Translations under genes and position numbers: made by a program
DNA from: an uncultured Clostridia bacterium
Lineage (GTDB): Bacteria > Bacillota > Clostridia > TANB77 > CAG-508
Length of the DNA stretch: 64,000 nt
Direction: 5' to 3'
NCBI GenBank assembly: GCA_947627185.1
Contig: CANQVF010000001.1
Span: 35,404 to 99,403, forward strand
Notes under the pieces: model-generated
What the model was told of the DNA's origin: nothing
The model's database searches: none
What the model saw: the letters and a program-made list of their open reading frames with translations, nothing else
Shown: positions 20,716 through 29,911 of the stretch, in pieces
Position numbering within the stretch: the stretch's first letter is position 1
How the letters are laid out: every line of letters starts with the position of its first letter

Positions 20716-22292
20716 TGAAATCTTTTTTCGAATGGTTTAAGGGAAGTACAAAAGTAAAAAGATGGATTCTTTTAATTATAGTTGGAGTTGTACTTACATG
20801 TTATGGAATTTCAAAAATATTAGTATCACAAGAAATATCATTTTTTGAATTAGGAAAAACAATAGTTATTTTTATTATAGGATTTATTTCAATTGTTACT
20901 AGTATTATATTTATACAAAAGAGAAGTTTGGAGTTAATAATAGAAGCAAACAATACTTCTGAAAAAGGAAAGCAAGCACAATCTAATATAAAATCATTAA
21001 TATTTAATAGAAATGTTTATGAAGAAGGACCAAAAGTAGTTATTATTGGTGGTGGACAAGGATTAAATAATATTATAGAAGGATTTAAACATTATACAAG
21101 TAATATTACTGCAATAGTAACTATGTCTGATTATGGAAACATTTCTATGAATGCTAGAAAAGATATAAAAGATGCTTTAATATCTATATCTAGTAATCAA
21201 AATGAAATGAAAAGTTTAATGGATTTAAATTTTAGACATGAACGATTAAGAGGATTAAATTTTAGTGATATATATTTTGTTGCAATGACAGAAATTTATG
21301 GAAATATTGCTGAAGCTATTTATAAAAGCAAAGATGTATTAAATATTTCTGGTACAGTCATTCCAGTTACTCTTGATGAAATTACTGTGTGTGCTGAATT
21401 ATCAGATGGAACTGTTATAAAGCAAAAAGATAGAATAGCAGATGTGGTAGCTAATAAAAAAGAAAAAATTAATAGAATATATATTACTCCATCAAATTCT
21501 AAACCTTCACCTGGCGTATTAGAAGCAATAGAAGATGCTGATGTTATAATTATTGGACCTGGTAGTTTATATACAAATGTTTTACCAAACTTATTAGTAA
21601 GAAATATTGCTAGAGAAATAAAAGATAGTAAAGCAACCAAATATTATATATCCAATATAATGACAGAACCAGGACAAACCGATGAATTTTCCGTATCAGA
21701 TCACTTAAAGGTAATTCAAGAACATGTAGGAAATGGAATCATAGATTATTGCTTGGCAGATACAGGAGAAGTAATTCCTGAGTACATAAGAAAATATAAT
21801 AAAGAAGGTTCTGATTTAGTAGATATAGATAATAAGAAATTAAGTGAATTTAATGTAAAACTTATTCAAAGAAATATGTCTTGTGTAAAAGATGGAAAAA
21901 TTATGCATAATTCGGATATTGTTGCTTCAACAATAATTGAAATGGTTTGTAATGATTTAAAATTCCACGATATGCAAAATGATACACAATATTTACTATT
22001 AAAATCTGTGTTAAAAGAACAGAAGAAGAATCAACAAAGACAGCAAAGGGCATTAATTAAAATACCTAAAGGCGGAAAACTAGCAACTTTTTTAAGTTCA
22101 AAAGATGAAAATAAAAAAAGTAAATTCAAAGAAAAGTATAATGATAGAGTAAAATCTATTCAAAATACAGAGGCAAAAATTGAAGAAAATAGAAAGATAG
22201 CAAAACAAATTGAAAAAATAGAACAAACAAGAAAAAATTATAACGAAAATAGAAATACTCCAAAAAGAAGAAATGGAAAAAGAAATAAATAG
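20715..22292 (+). CDS. YvcK/CofD-like (UPF0052, gluconeogenesis factor) protein with N-terminal 2-TM anchor and Lys-rich tail
   Basis: The core aligns with B. subtilis YvcK (VVIIGGGQGL ... ADVIIIGPGSLYTNVLPNLLV ... ISNIMTEPGQTDEFSVSDHL). The DDGGSSG motif is replaced by SDYGNIS. Start overlaps the murB stop. Confidence 0.65.
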   Translation: MKSFFEWFKGSTKVKRWILLIIVGVVLTCYGISKILVSQEISFFELGKTIVIFIIGFISIVTSIIFIQKRSLELIIEANNTSEKGKQAQSNIKSLIFNRNVYEEGPKVVIIGGGQGLNNIIEGFKHYTSNITAIVTMSDYGNISMNARKDIKDALISISSNQNEMKSLMDLNFRHERLRGLNFSDIYFVAMTEIYGNIAEAIYKSKDVLNISGTVIPVTLDEITVCAELSDGTVIKQKDRIADVVANKKEKINRIYITPSNSKPSPGVLEAIEDADVIIIGPGSLYTNVLPNLLVRNIAREIKDSKATKYYISNIMTEPGQTDEFSVSDHLKVIQEHVGNGIIDYCLADTGEVIPEYIRKYNKEGSDLVDIDNKKLSEFNVKLIQRNMSCVKDGKIMHNSDIVASTIIEMVCNDLKFHDMQNDTQYLLLKSVLKEQKKNQQRQQRALIKIPKGGKLATFLSSKDENKKSKFKEKYNDRVKSIQNTEAKIEENRKIAKQIEKIEQTRKNYNENRNTPKRRNGKRNK

Positions 22293-22309
22293 AAAAGGTA
22301 AAGGTACAA

Positions 22310-24346
22310 ATGAAAATAACAAAGAAACAAATTGAATTAAAAGAATGTTTAAATAAGGAATGGGTAATATCTAATGGAATTGGTGGATTTGCTGCATCAA
22401 CTGTTATAGGAGCTAATACTAGAAGATATCATGGATTATTAATAGCTGCTTTAAATCCTCCTGCACAAAGACATTTAATACTTTCAAAAATAGATGAAAG
22501 TATCACTGTTGATAGAGATGAACATATATTATATACAAATGTATGTGAAAATTATGTTTCAGAAGGATATAAGAATTTAGAGAGTTTTGAAAAAGAATTT
22601 TTGCCAGTTTTTACATATAAAGTAGAAGATGTAAAAATAACAAAAACTATTTCTATGATTCATGAAAGAAATACTGTAGTTATTCAATATAAAGTAAAAA
22701 ATGGTAAAAAGGAGTCTACTTTAAAATTAGCACCAATTATTAATTTTAGAGATTTCCATAAAATGACAAATGACCATGAATTTGAATTAAAGCAAAAAGT
22801 TGATAATAATAAAGTTAGAATTGAAATTGATGGTAATGCTAATATGCCATTATATATTTTTTCTAATGATGGTGAATATATAAAACATTATAATGATGTT
22901 TTTAAAGGAATGTTTTATCTAAAGGAAGAAGAAAGAGGATTTCCTCCAAAAGAAGATTTAATAATACCTGGAAGATATGAAATAAAAATAAATCCTAATG
23001 AAACAAAAGAGATAACTTTTGTAGCATCTTTAGAAGATAATACAGAACAAATAGATAGTAACAAAGTTTTTGATAATGAAATAAATAGAATTAAAAAAAT
23101 TATAGATGAAAGTTCATTATTAAAAAATAAAACAAGACTTACTAAAGAAGATAAAGATTATAATGAATTAATGAAAAATCTACTTATTGCATCAGAAAGT
23201 TTTGTTGTTAATAGACCAACATTTGGTACACATTCTATTATAGCTGGATTCCCATGGTTTTTGGACTGGGGTAGAGATGCAATGATAGCTTTTGAAGGAT
23301 TATTCCTTATAACAAAAAGGTATAATTTAGCAAGAGAGTTATTATTAACATTTACTAGAGATGTAAAATTTGGACTTGTTCCAAATGGATATTCAGGATT
23401 TGATAATAGACCATTATATAATAGTGCAGATGCATCTTTATTACTAATTGAGCAAGTTAACAAGTTTTTACAATATACAAAAGATTACGATTTTATAAAA
23501 GAAAACATTTACGAAAAAATAAAAGAAATTATAAAATTTTATCAAATGGGAATTAATGTAGATAATAACAATATTTATATAGCTGAAGATGGATTATTAC
23601 ATTCTGGTACACCAACCACTCAAAATACTTGGATGGATGTAAAAATCGGTGATAAAGCTGTAACACCTAGAAATGGAAAAGTTGTAGAATTAAATGCTCT
23701 TTATTATAATGCACTTAAAACTTTAGAAAATTTAGCAAATAAGTTTGGAGAAAAAAGCATAGCAGATGAATACAAAAAAATAGCTACGAATCATAAAAAA
23801 GAATTTGAAAAACAATTCTATAATAAAAAAAGAAATTCACTATATGATGTTATAGGAGATGAAAAAATAAGACCTAATCAGTTATTTGCTATTTCTACTA
23901 CTTATCCAGTAATTAAACCTTCATCAGAAGTAGGAAAAAATATATTTAAAACTGTAAAAAGTAAATTATTAACTAAATATGGATTAAAAACTCTTGCAAA
24001 AGGAGAAGAAGGATTTACTCCATATTATGAAGGAAATGTTTATCAAAGAGATTCATCTTATCATCAAGGACCAGTATGGGTTTGGCTTTTAGGTTTATAT
24101 CATGATAGTTTCAAAAATATTATTGATGATGAGAAAGATAGATTAGAAAAAGAAAGATTAAAAATTGAATATGAGAAGTTTATAAAAAGTGTTTTTACTA
24201 CTTTTAAATCAGAAATAAATAATCCAGAGGGAATTGGTACAATTTCAGAATTATATAATGCTGAATCACCTTTTAAAACTGGAGGAACTTTTTCACAAGC
24301 TTGGAGTGTTTCAGAAGTTTTAAAAATTGTTAGTAAAATGAAATAA
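22310..24346 (+). CDS. amylo-alpha-1,6-glucosidase / glycogen-debranching-enzyme family protein (archaeal-type GDE)
   Basis: N-terminal NGIGGFAASTVIGANTRRYHGLLIA (GDE_N) and C-terminal six-hairpin glycosidase domain (FPWFLDWGRDAMIA ..). 678 aa. Confidence 0.7.
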   Translation: MKITKKQIELKECLNKEWVISNGIGGFAASTVIGANTRRYHGLLIAALNPPAQRHLILSKIDESITVDRDEHILYTNVCENYVSEGYKNLESFEKEFLPVFTYKVEDVKITKTISMIHERNTVVIQYKVKNGKKESTLKLAPIINFRDFHKMTNDHEFELKQKVDNNKVRIEIDGNANMPLYIFSNDGEYIKHYNDVFKGMFYLKEEERGFPPKEDLIIPGRYEIKINPNETKEITFVASLEDNTEQIDSNKVFDNEINRIKKIIDESSLLKNKTRLTKEDKDYNELMKNLLIASESFVVNRPTFGTHSIIAGFPWFLDWGRDAMIAFEGLFLITKRYNLARELLLTFTRDVKFGLVPNGYSGFDNRPLYNSADASLLLIEQVNKFLQYTKDYDFIKENIYEKIKEIIKFYQMGINVDNNNIYIAEDGLLHSGTPTTQNTWMDVKIGDKAVTPRNGKVVELNALYYNALKTLENLANKFGEKSIADEYKKIATNHKKEFEKQFYNKKRNSLYDVIGDEKIRPNQLFAISTTYPVIKPSSEVGKNIFKTVKSKLLTKYGLKTLAKGEEGFTPYYEGNVYQRDSSYHQGPVWVWLLGLYHDSFKNIIDDEKDRLEKERLKIEYEKFIKSVFTTFKSEINNPEGIGTISELYNAESPFKTGGTFSQAWSVSEVLKIVSKMK

Positions 24347-24355
24347 AAATATACA

Positions 24356-24406
24356 AAAGCGAACCTTTAACTTGAAATTTTATAAGTTTTGGAGTTCGCT
24401 TTTTTA
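24356..24406 (+). terminator. putative two-level hairpin terminator
   Basis: agcgaac ... gttcgct outer stem with an aactt/aagtt inner stem and a T-run. Implies the downstream ATP-grasp gene starts at 24422, not at the upstream TTG. Confidence 0.45.
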
Positions 24407-24421
24407 AGTAGTGAGGAATAT

Positions 24422-25354
24422 ATGGAAAAAAACAAACCATTTTATAAAATAATTGATGAAATTTGCAGAGAAGAACAAATTGAACAAAAAGAACTTTCAT
24501 ATGGTTGGATAATAGAATTAACCAAAAATAATAAAAAGAGAAATATAATAGGATATCAATTTGATTTAAATAGTTCTACATCTTATAATATTGCTTCAGA
24601 TAAATTCGCAACTTATGAAGTTTTAAATTCTAATAATATACCTACAATACCTCATAAAATAATATTCAATCCCAAAACTAGAAGCTTATATTACAATCAA
24701 AAATTTTTAGAAGAAGCAATTAATCTTTTAAAAAATAATGATAATAAAATTGTGATAAAAGCAAATAATTCTTGTGAAGGAAAAGATGTATATTATTGTT
24801 CTAATGAAAATGAAATAAAAGATGTTGTTACCAAATTATTTAAACAAAATGATACATTAAGTGCTTGTCCTTATGAAGATATAGACTATGAATATAGAGC
24901 TATATATTTATGTGGTGATATTATATTTATTTATAAAAAGAAAAAAGCTTATGTTATGGGGGATGGAATTCATACGGTAAAAGAATTAATTAATGAAAAA
25001 TACAATAAAACACATTTATCAATTTGCAAAAATTTAAATCTAAATAAAATTCCTTTAAAAAATGAGGAAGTTGTAGTATCTTGGAAACATAATTTAAATA
25101 ATGGTGCAGAACCAATTTTAATTGATGATAATGATAAATATGTTGAAAAAATAAAAAATATTGCTATAAAAGCTGGAAAAGCTGTTAATATAAAATTTGC
25201 TAGTATTGATATAGCAATTACCTCAGACAAAAAAATATTTGTTATGGAAATAAATGGAAATGTTTGCATGAATAAATTTACAGAATTATTACCTAATGGA
25301 TATGAAATAGCAAAAAAAGTTTTTAAAAGTGCAATAAATAGAATGTTTGAATAG
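24422..25354 (+). CDS. ATP-grasp domain protein (YheC/YheD-like ligase fold)
   Basis: RBS gtgaggaa then ATG at 24422. Central IVIKANNSCEGKDVY and C-terminal ATP-grasp-like segments. Function unassignable. Confidence 0.45.
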   Translation: MEKNKPFYKIIDEICREEQIEQKELSYGWIIELTKNNKKRNIIGYQFDLNSSTSYNIASDKFATYEVLNSNNIPTIPHKIIFNPKTRSLYYNQKFLEEAINLLKNNDNKIVIKANNSCEGKDVYYCSNENEIKDVVTKLFKQNDTLSACPYEDIDYEYRAIYLCGDIIFIYKKKKAYVMGDGIHTVKELINEKYNKTHLSICKNLNLNKIPLKNEEVVVSWKHNLNNGAEPILIDDNDKYVEKIKNIAIKAGKAVNIKFASIDIAITSDKKIFVMEINGNVCMNKFTELLPNGYEIAKKVFKSAINRMFE

Positions 25355-25383
25355 AAAATTTACATAATTTTCTTATAAAAAAC

Positions 25384-25412
25384 TTGACACTTTACAATAA
25401 TACATATAAAAT
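25384..25412 (+). promoter_or_regulatory. sigma-A-type promoter TTGACA-17-TAAAAT upstream of rny
   Basis: Read directly from the sequence. Confidence 0.5.
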
Positions 25413-25518
25413 ATTAATGTAGGAAAAAATACAATATAAATTATATAAATAATAACTAAATTTATGAAATAATTTTGTTGTACATTGAAAATTTAATAGA
25501 AAAGAGGTAAATGTAATT

Positions 25519-27063
25519 ATGCAAACAATTTTAATTATCGTTGCCACTGTTCTAATCTCAGCTGTAATTTTTATTCCAATGGGTTCAATCATTAGAAAAA
25601 AAGTTGCAGAATCTAAAATTCAAAGTGCAGAAAATGAAGCTAAAAGATTAATCGAAAACGTAAAAATAGAAGCTGAAAATTTAAAGAAAGAAGAATTAAT
25701 TAAAGCAAAAGAAGAAGTACTACAAATAAGAAATGATTTAGAGCAAGAGATTAAAGAAAGAAGAGGTGACATTCAAACACAAGAAAGAAGATTAATACAA
25801 AAAGAAGAAAACTTAGAAAAAAGAGTAACAGCTTGTGAAGGAAAAGAAAAAGAACTTGAAAGAAAATATGCAGAAAACGAACAACAGAAAGAAGAATTAG
25901 AAAAAGTTTATAATAAAGAATTAGAAGAATTACAAAGAATTTCAGGTTTAACTGAGGAACAAGCAAAACAACAATTATTAAATGATTTGGATAAAGAGAT
26001 TACCCAAGAAAAAGCAGCAATTATTAGAGATTTAGAAGCAAAGGCTAAAGAAGAGGCCACAAAAAATGCAAGAGAAATAATTAGTTTTGCTATTCAAAAA
26101 TGTGCGGCTGATCATACTTCTGAAACTACTGTATCAGTTGTTGCACTTCCAAATGATGAAATGAAAGGAAGAATTATAGGAAGAGAAGGAAGAAATATAA
26201 AAGCTTTGGAAACTCTTACAGGAATTGATTTAATTATAGATGATACTCCAGAAGCAGTTATTATTTCTGGATTTGATCCTTTAAGAAGAGAAGTTGCTAG
26301 AATTGCTATTGAAAAATTAATTGAAGATGGTAGAATTCATCCTGCTAAAATCGAAGAAATGGTTGAAAAAGCAAAAGAAGAAGTTGCAGAAACTATTAAA
26401 GAAGAAGGAGAAAGAGCAGCTTTAGAAACAGGTGTAAATAATCTTCATCCTGATATAATAAAATTAATTGGTAAATTAAAGTATAGAACAAGTTATGGAC
26501 AAAATGTATTAAATCATTCAATTGAAGTTTCTAATTTAGCTAGAATAATGGCTGAAGAATTAGGAATAAATTCAAAAATAGCAAGACGTGCTGGATTATT
26601 ACATGACCTAGGAAAAGCATTAGACCATGATATGGAAGGAACACACGTTGAATTAGGTGTGGAAGTTCTAAAAAAATATAAAGAAAATGAAAGTGTAATT
26701 AATGCAGTAGAAGCACATCATGGTGATGTTGAGCCACTTACTTTAGAAGCTGTTTTAGTACAAGCAGCAGATGCAATTTCTGCTTCAAGACCAGGAGCTA
26801 GAAGAGAAACTTTGGAATCTTATATTAAAAGATTAGAAAAATTAGAAGAAATTGCTGATTCTTTTGAAGGTGTTGAAAAATCATTTGCAATTCAAGCTGG
26901 ACGTGAAGTCAGATTAATTGTAAAACCAGAGAAAGTATCAGATAGTGATATGGTAATTATGGCTAGAGATGTTGCTAAAAAAGTAGAAAACGAAATGGAA
27001 TATCCAGGACAAATTAAAGTAAATGTTATTAGAGAATCTAGAGTAATTGATTATGCAAAATAA
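25519..27063 (+). CDS. rny: ribonuclease Y
   Basis: N-terminal TM, coiled-coil, KH domain ([11 protein letters not shown]), HD domain (LLHDLGKA). 514 aa. Confidence 0.95.
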   Translation: MQTILIIVATVLISAVIFIPMGSIIRKKVAESKIQSAENEAKRLIENVKIEAENLKKEELIKAKEEVLQIRNDLEQEIKERRGDIQTQERRLIQKEENLEKRVTACEGKEKELERKYAENEQQKEELEKVYNKELEELQRISGLTEEQAKQQLLNDLDKEITQEKAAIIRDLEAKAKEEATKNAREIISFAIQKCAADHTSETTVSVVALPNDEMKGRIIGREGRNIKALETLTGIDLIIDDTPEAVIISGFDPLRREVARIAIEKLIEDGRIHPAKIEEMVEKAKEEVAETIKEEGERAALETGVNNLHPDIIKLIGKLKYRTSYGQNVLNHSIEVSNLARIMAEELGINSKIARRAGLLHDLGKALDHDMEGTHVELGVEVLKKYKENESVINAVEAHHGDVEPLTLEAVLVQAADAISASRPGARRETLESYIKRLEKLEEIADSFEGVEKSFAIQAGREVRLIVKPEKVSDSDMVIMARDVAKKVENEMEYPGQIKVNVIRESRVIDYAK

Positions 27064-27122
27064 GAAAAAAAGCAGATTTTGAAAAAAATCTGCTTTTTTT
27101 AATTCTTTTTTCTTTCTAATAC

Positions 27123-27151
27123 TTGACATGACAAGCTTTAGAACATATAAT
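27123..27151 (+). promoter_or_regulatory. perfect sigma-A consensus promoter TTGACA-17-TATAAT
   Basis: Hexamers at 27123 and 27146 with a 17-nt spacer. Lies 35 nt upstream of the sigma factor gene. Confidence 0.55.
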
Positions 27152-27185
27152 ACAGCTATAACTTGCATGGAGGTTCAAAATAAAA

Positions 27186-27830
27186 ATGTCTAACAAGTAT
27201 TTGTATAAGTTTGAGAATGACAAATATAATAATATAACTGATGAAGAACTAATCAAAAAAATTAGATTAGGTGATTTAGAAGCGCAAAATTATTTGTTAG
27301 AGAAATATAGAGGACTTGCAAATGTAAAAGCAAATAGATTTTTTTTAATAGGTGCTGAAAATGATGATATGCTTCAAGAAGGAATGATAGGCTTATTTAA
27401 AGCAATACAATCTTTTGATCCAGAGAAAAATAATTCTTTTAAAACTTTTGCAAATTTATGTATTGAAAGACAATTAATTACTGCTATAAAAACTTCAAAT
27501 AGGCAAAAACACTTACCTCTTAATTCTTCATATTCATTAAACGTATCTGCATATGATGATAATGAGGATACATCAATTATGGAAATTCTAGATACTAAAT
27601 TTGTTGAAGATCCTTTAGAAACAATAACTAAAAAAGAATATATGCAATTTGTTGAGAATAAAATTGATAAAAATTTAAGTAATTTTGAAAAACAAGTACT
27701 AGATAGATACATTCAAGGAGATAGTTATGTATCAATTGCTAATAAATTAAATTCTCCTGTAAAATCTATAGATAATGCAATACAAAGAATTAGAAAAAAA
27801 GCTATAAAATGTTTAGAAAATGAAGATTAA
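27186..27830 (+). CDS. sigH: sigma-70 family sigma factor, SigH (Spo0H)-like
   Basis: EGMIGLFKAIQSFDPEKNNSFKTFANLCIERQLITAIKTSNRQKHLPLNSSYSL closely matches the SigH region 2 signature. C-terminal region 4 HTH. Confidence 0.7.
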   Translation: MSNKYLYKFENDKYNNITDEELIKKIRLGDLEAQNYLLEKYRGLANVKANRFFLIGAENDDMLQEGMIGLFKAIQSFDPEKNNSFKTFANLCIERQLITAIKTSNRQKHLPLNSSYSLNVSAYDDNEDTSIMEILDTKFVEDPLETITKKEYMQFVENKIDKNLSNFEKQVLDRYIQGDSYVSIANKLNSPVKSIDNAIQRIRKKAIKCLENED

Positions 27831-27885
27831 TATATGGTGTATTTAAATTTATGCCATATATTTTTAATGATTAATGCCCTCTTAG

Positions 27886-27961
<76 letters not shown>

Positions 27962-28025
27962 AATTACAATTTTCAAATTTAAAATTATAAAAAAATTAAT
28001 AAAATTTATAAAAAGAAGGTAAAAT

Positions 28026-29120
28026 ATGAAAATAGGAATTGTTGGACTTCCTAATGTAGGAAAAAGTACTTTATTTAATAGCATAACAAATGCTGGAGCA
28101 GAATGTGCAAATTATCCATTTTGCACAATAGAACCAAATGTAGGAGTTGTAGCTGTTCCAGATGAAAGATTAGAAAAATTAGCTGAAATTTATAAACCTC
28201 AAAAAATTACAAATGCAATTGTTGAATTTGTTGATATAGCAGGATTGGTGAAAGGTGCTAGTAAAGGTGAAGGATTAGGTAATAAATTTTTATCACATAT
28301 TAGAGAAGTTGATAGCATAATTCAAGTAGTAAGATGCTTTGAAAATGATAATATAGTACATGTTGATGGAAGTGTTAATCCTATTCGTGATATTGAAACA
28401 ATAAATCTTGAATTAATTTTTGCAGATTTGGAAACAATAGAAAAAAGATTAGAAAGAGCAAAAAAACTTTTAAAGGCAGATAAAAAATATCAATTTGAAA
28501 TTGATACTTTGGAAAAAGTAAAAATTACATTAGATTCTGGTAAATGTGCAAGAACACTAAATTATACAGATGAAGAAAAAGAAGTTTTAAGAGAAAGTTT
28601 TTTACTAACAATGAAACCAGTATTATATGTTGCTAATGTTTCAGAAGATGAAATAGAAAATCCTGAATCAAATGAAAATGTAAAAAAAGTTATAGAATAT
28701 GCTAAAGCAGAAGGAGCAGAAGTTATTTCGCTTTGTGTAAAAATTGAAGAAGAATTAAGTTCTTTAGAAAAAAATGAAAAAAAAGAGATGTTAGAAGCTT
28801 TAGGCTTAAAAGAATCAGGATTAGATAAACTAATAAAAGCAAGCTATAAATTATTAGGATTAATGTCTTTTTTAACAGCAGGAGAGCCAGAAGTTAGAGC
28901 ATGGACAATAAAAATTGGAACAAAAGCACCTCAAGCAGCTGGAAAAATACATTCTGATATTGAAAGAGGTTTTATAAAAGCTGAAGTAATATCTTTTGAT
29001 GAATTAATGAATTGCTCTGGATCTATGGTACAAGCTAGAGAAAAAGGTTTAGTTAGATCTGAAGGAAAAGATTATATAATGAAAGATGGAGATATTGTTT
29101 TATTCAAATTTAATGTTTAA
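28026..29120 (+). CDS. ychF: ribosome-binding ATPase YchF
   Basis: MKIGIVGLPNVGKSTLFN G1 motif, YchF-type TGS domain at the C-terminus. 364 aa. Confidence 0.95.
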   Translation: MKIGIVGLPNVGKSTLFNSITNAGAECANYPFCTIEPNVGVVAVPDERLEKLAEIYKPQKITNAIVEFVDIAGLVKGASKGEGLGNKFLSHIREVDSIIQVVRCFENDNIVHVDGSVNPIRDIETINLELIFADLETIEKRLERAKKLLKADKKYQFEIDTLEKVKITLDSGKCARTLNYTDEEKEVLRESFLLTMKPVLYVANVSEDEIENPESNENVKKVIEYAKAEGAEVISLCVKIEEELSSLEKNEKKEMLEALGLKESGLDKLIKASYKLLGLMSFLTAGEPEVRAWTIKIGTKAPQAAGKIHSDIERGFIKAEVISFDELMNCSGSMVQAREKGLVRSEGKDYIMKDGDIVLFKFNV

Positions 29121-29243
29121 AATTACATTTGTGTTACAATGTTTCAAATATATAAAAAAACAAAAAAATAAAAAAAAAACTTGCATTGTATATATTGTAA
29201 TGTTATAATATGTTCAGATGTTAAGTAATAGGGAGATGGAAAA

Positions 29244-29678
29244 ATGGTTAAATTAAGAAAAGAAAAATTTTTAGTTAGTTTAGTAGTAATTACATTAGTA
29301 GCTTTAGTATTTGTTAGTGTAAATTCTTTAGCTACTGAAATAGTCGCAGATACTGGTACATCTAATAAAAATGAATCAACTGTATCATCTGTTAATGAAA
29401 ATACAAATTCAAGTTCAAACACTAATGCAAATAGTCCTACTATACCAGCTACAGTTGGTGCTTCATCAAATACAAATTCAAACAGTAATTCAGCAAATAC
29501 CAATAGCAATACTAATTCATTGAGAAACACAAATTCAAATACAAACACTAATGCAACAGGTAATGTAAGTTCTAAATTACCATATGCAGGTTCTGAATCA
29601 TCAATGATATTTATTGTTATAGCACTTGTTGCTTCAGCATTATATGCTTATAAAAAGGTATCAGATTATAATGTTTAA
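29244..29678 (+). CDS. small secreted protein: signal peptide, Ser/Asn/Thr-rich linker, C-terminal sorting-signal-like tail (LPYAG, hydrophobic stretch, KK)
   Basis: N-terminal FLVSLVVITLVALVFVSVNS. About 85 aa of N/S/T low complexity. KLPYAGSESSMIFIVIALVASALYAYKKVSDYNV tail. Promoter TTGCAT-17-TATAAT at about 29181. Confidence 0.55.
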   Translation: MVKLRKEKFLVSLVVITLVALVFVSVNSLATEIVADTGTSNKNESTVSSVNENTNSSSNTNANSPTIPATVGASSNTNSNSNSANTNSNTNSLRNTNSNTNTNATGNVSSKLPYAGSESSMIFIVIALVASALYAYKKVSDYNV

Positions 29679-29911
29679 TATGTAGGTATATTATATTAAA
29701 GTAATAAAATATAAAAAGCACACTTTTTTAGGGTGCTTTTTTGTGATTATATTTATCTATTAAATTATAAATAAAATTCAATAAATACCATAAAACTATT
29801 GAATTTCTTTATGTAATTTGCTATAATAGTAAAGAATTTAATAAAAAGTTTACAAAAGATGTTAATAAATTTTGTTGGCATCTTTTTTATTTTTCTATAA
29901 AGAGGGAGAAA

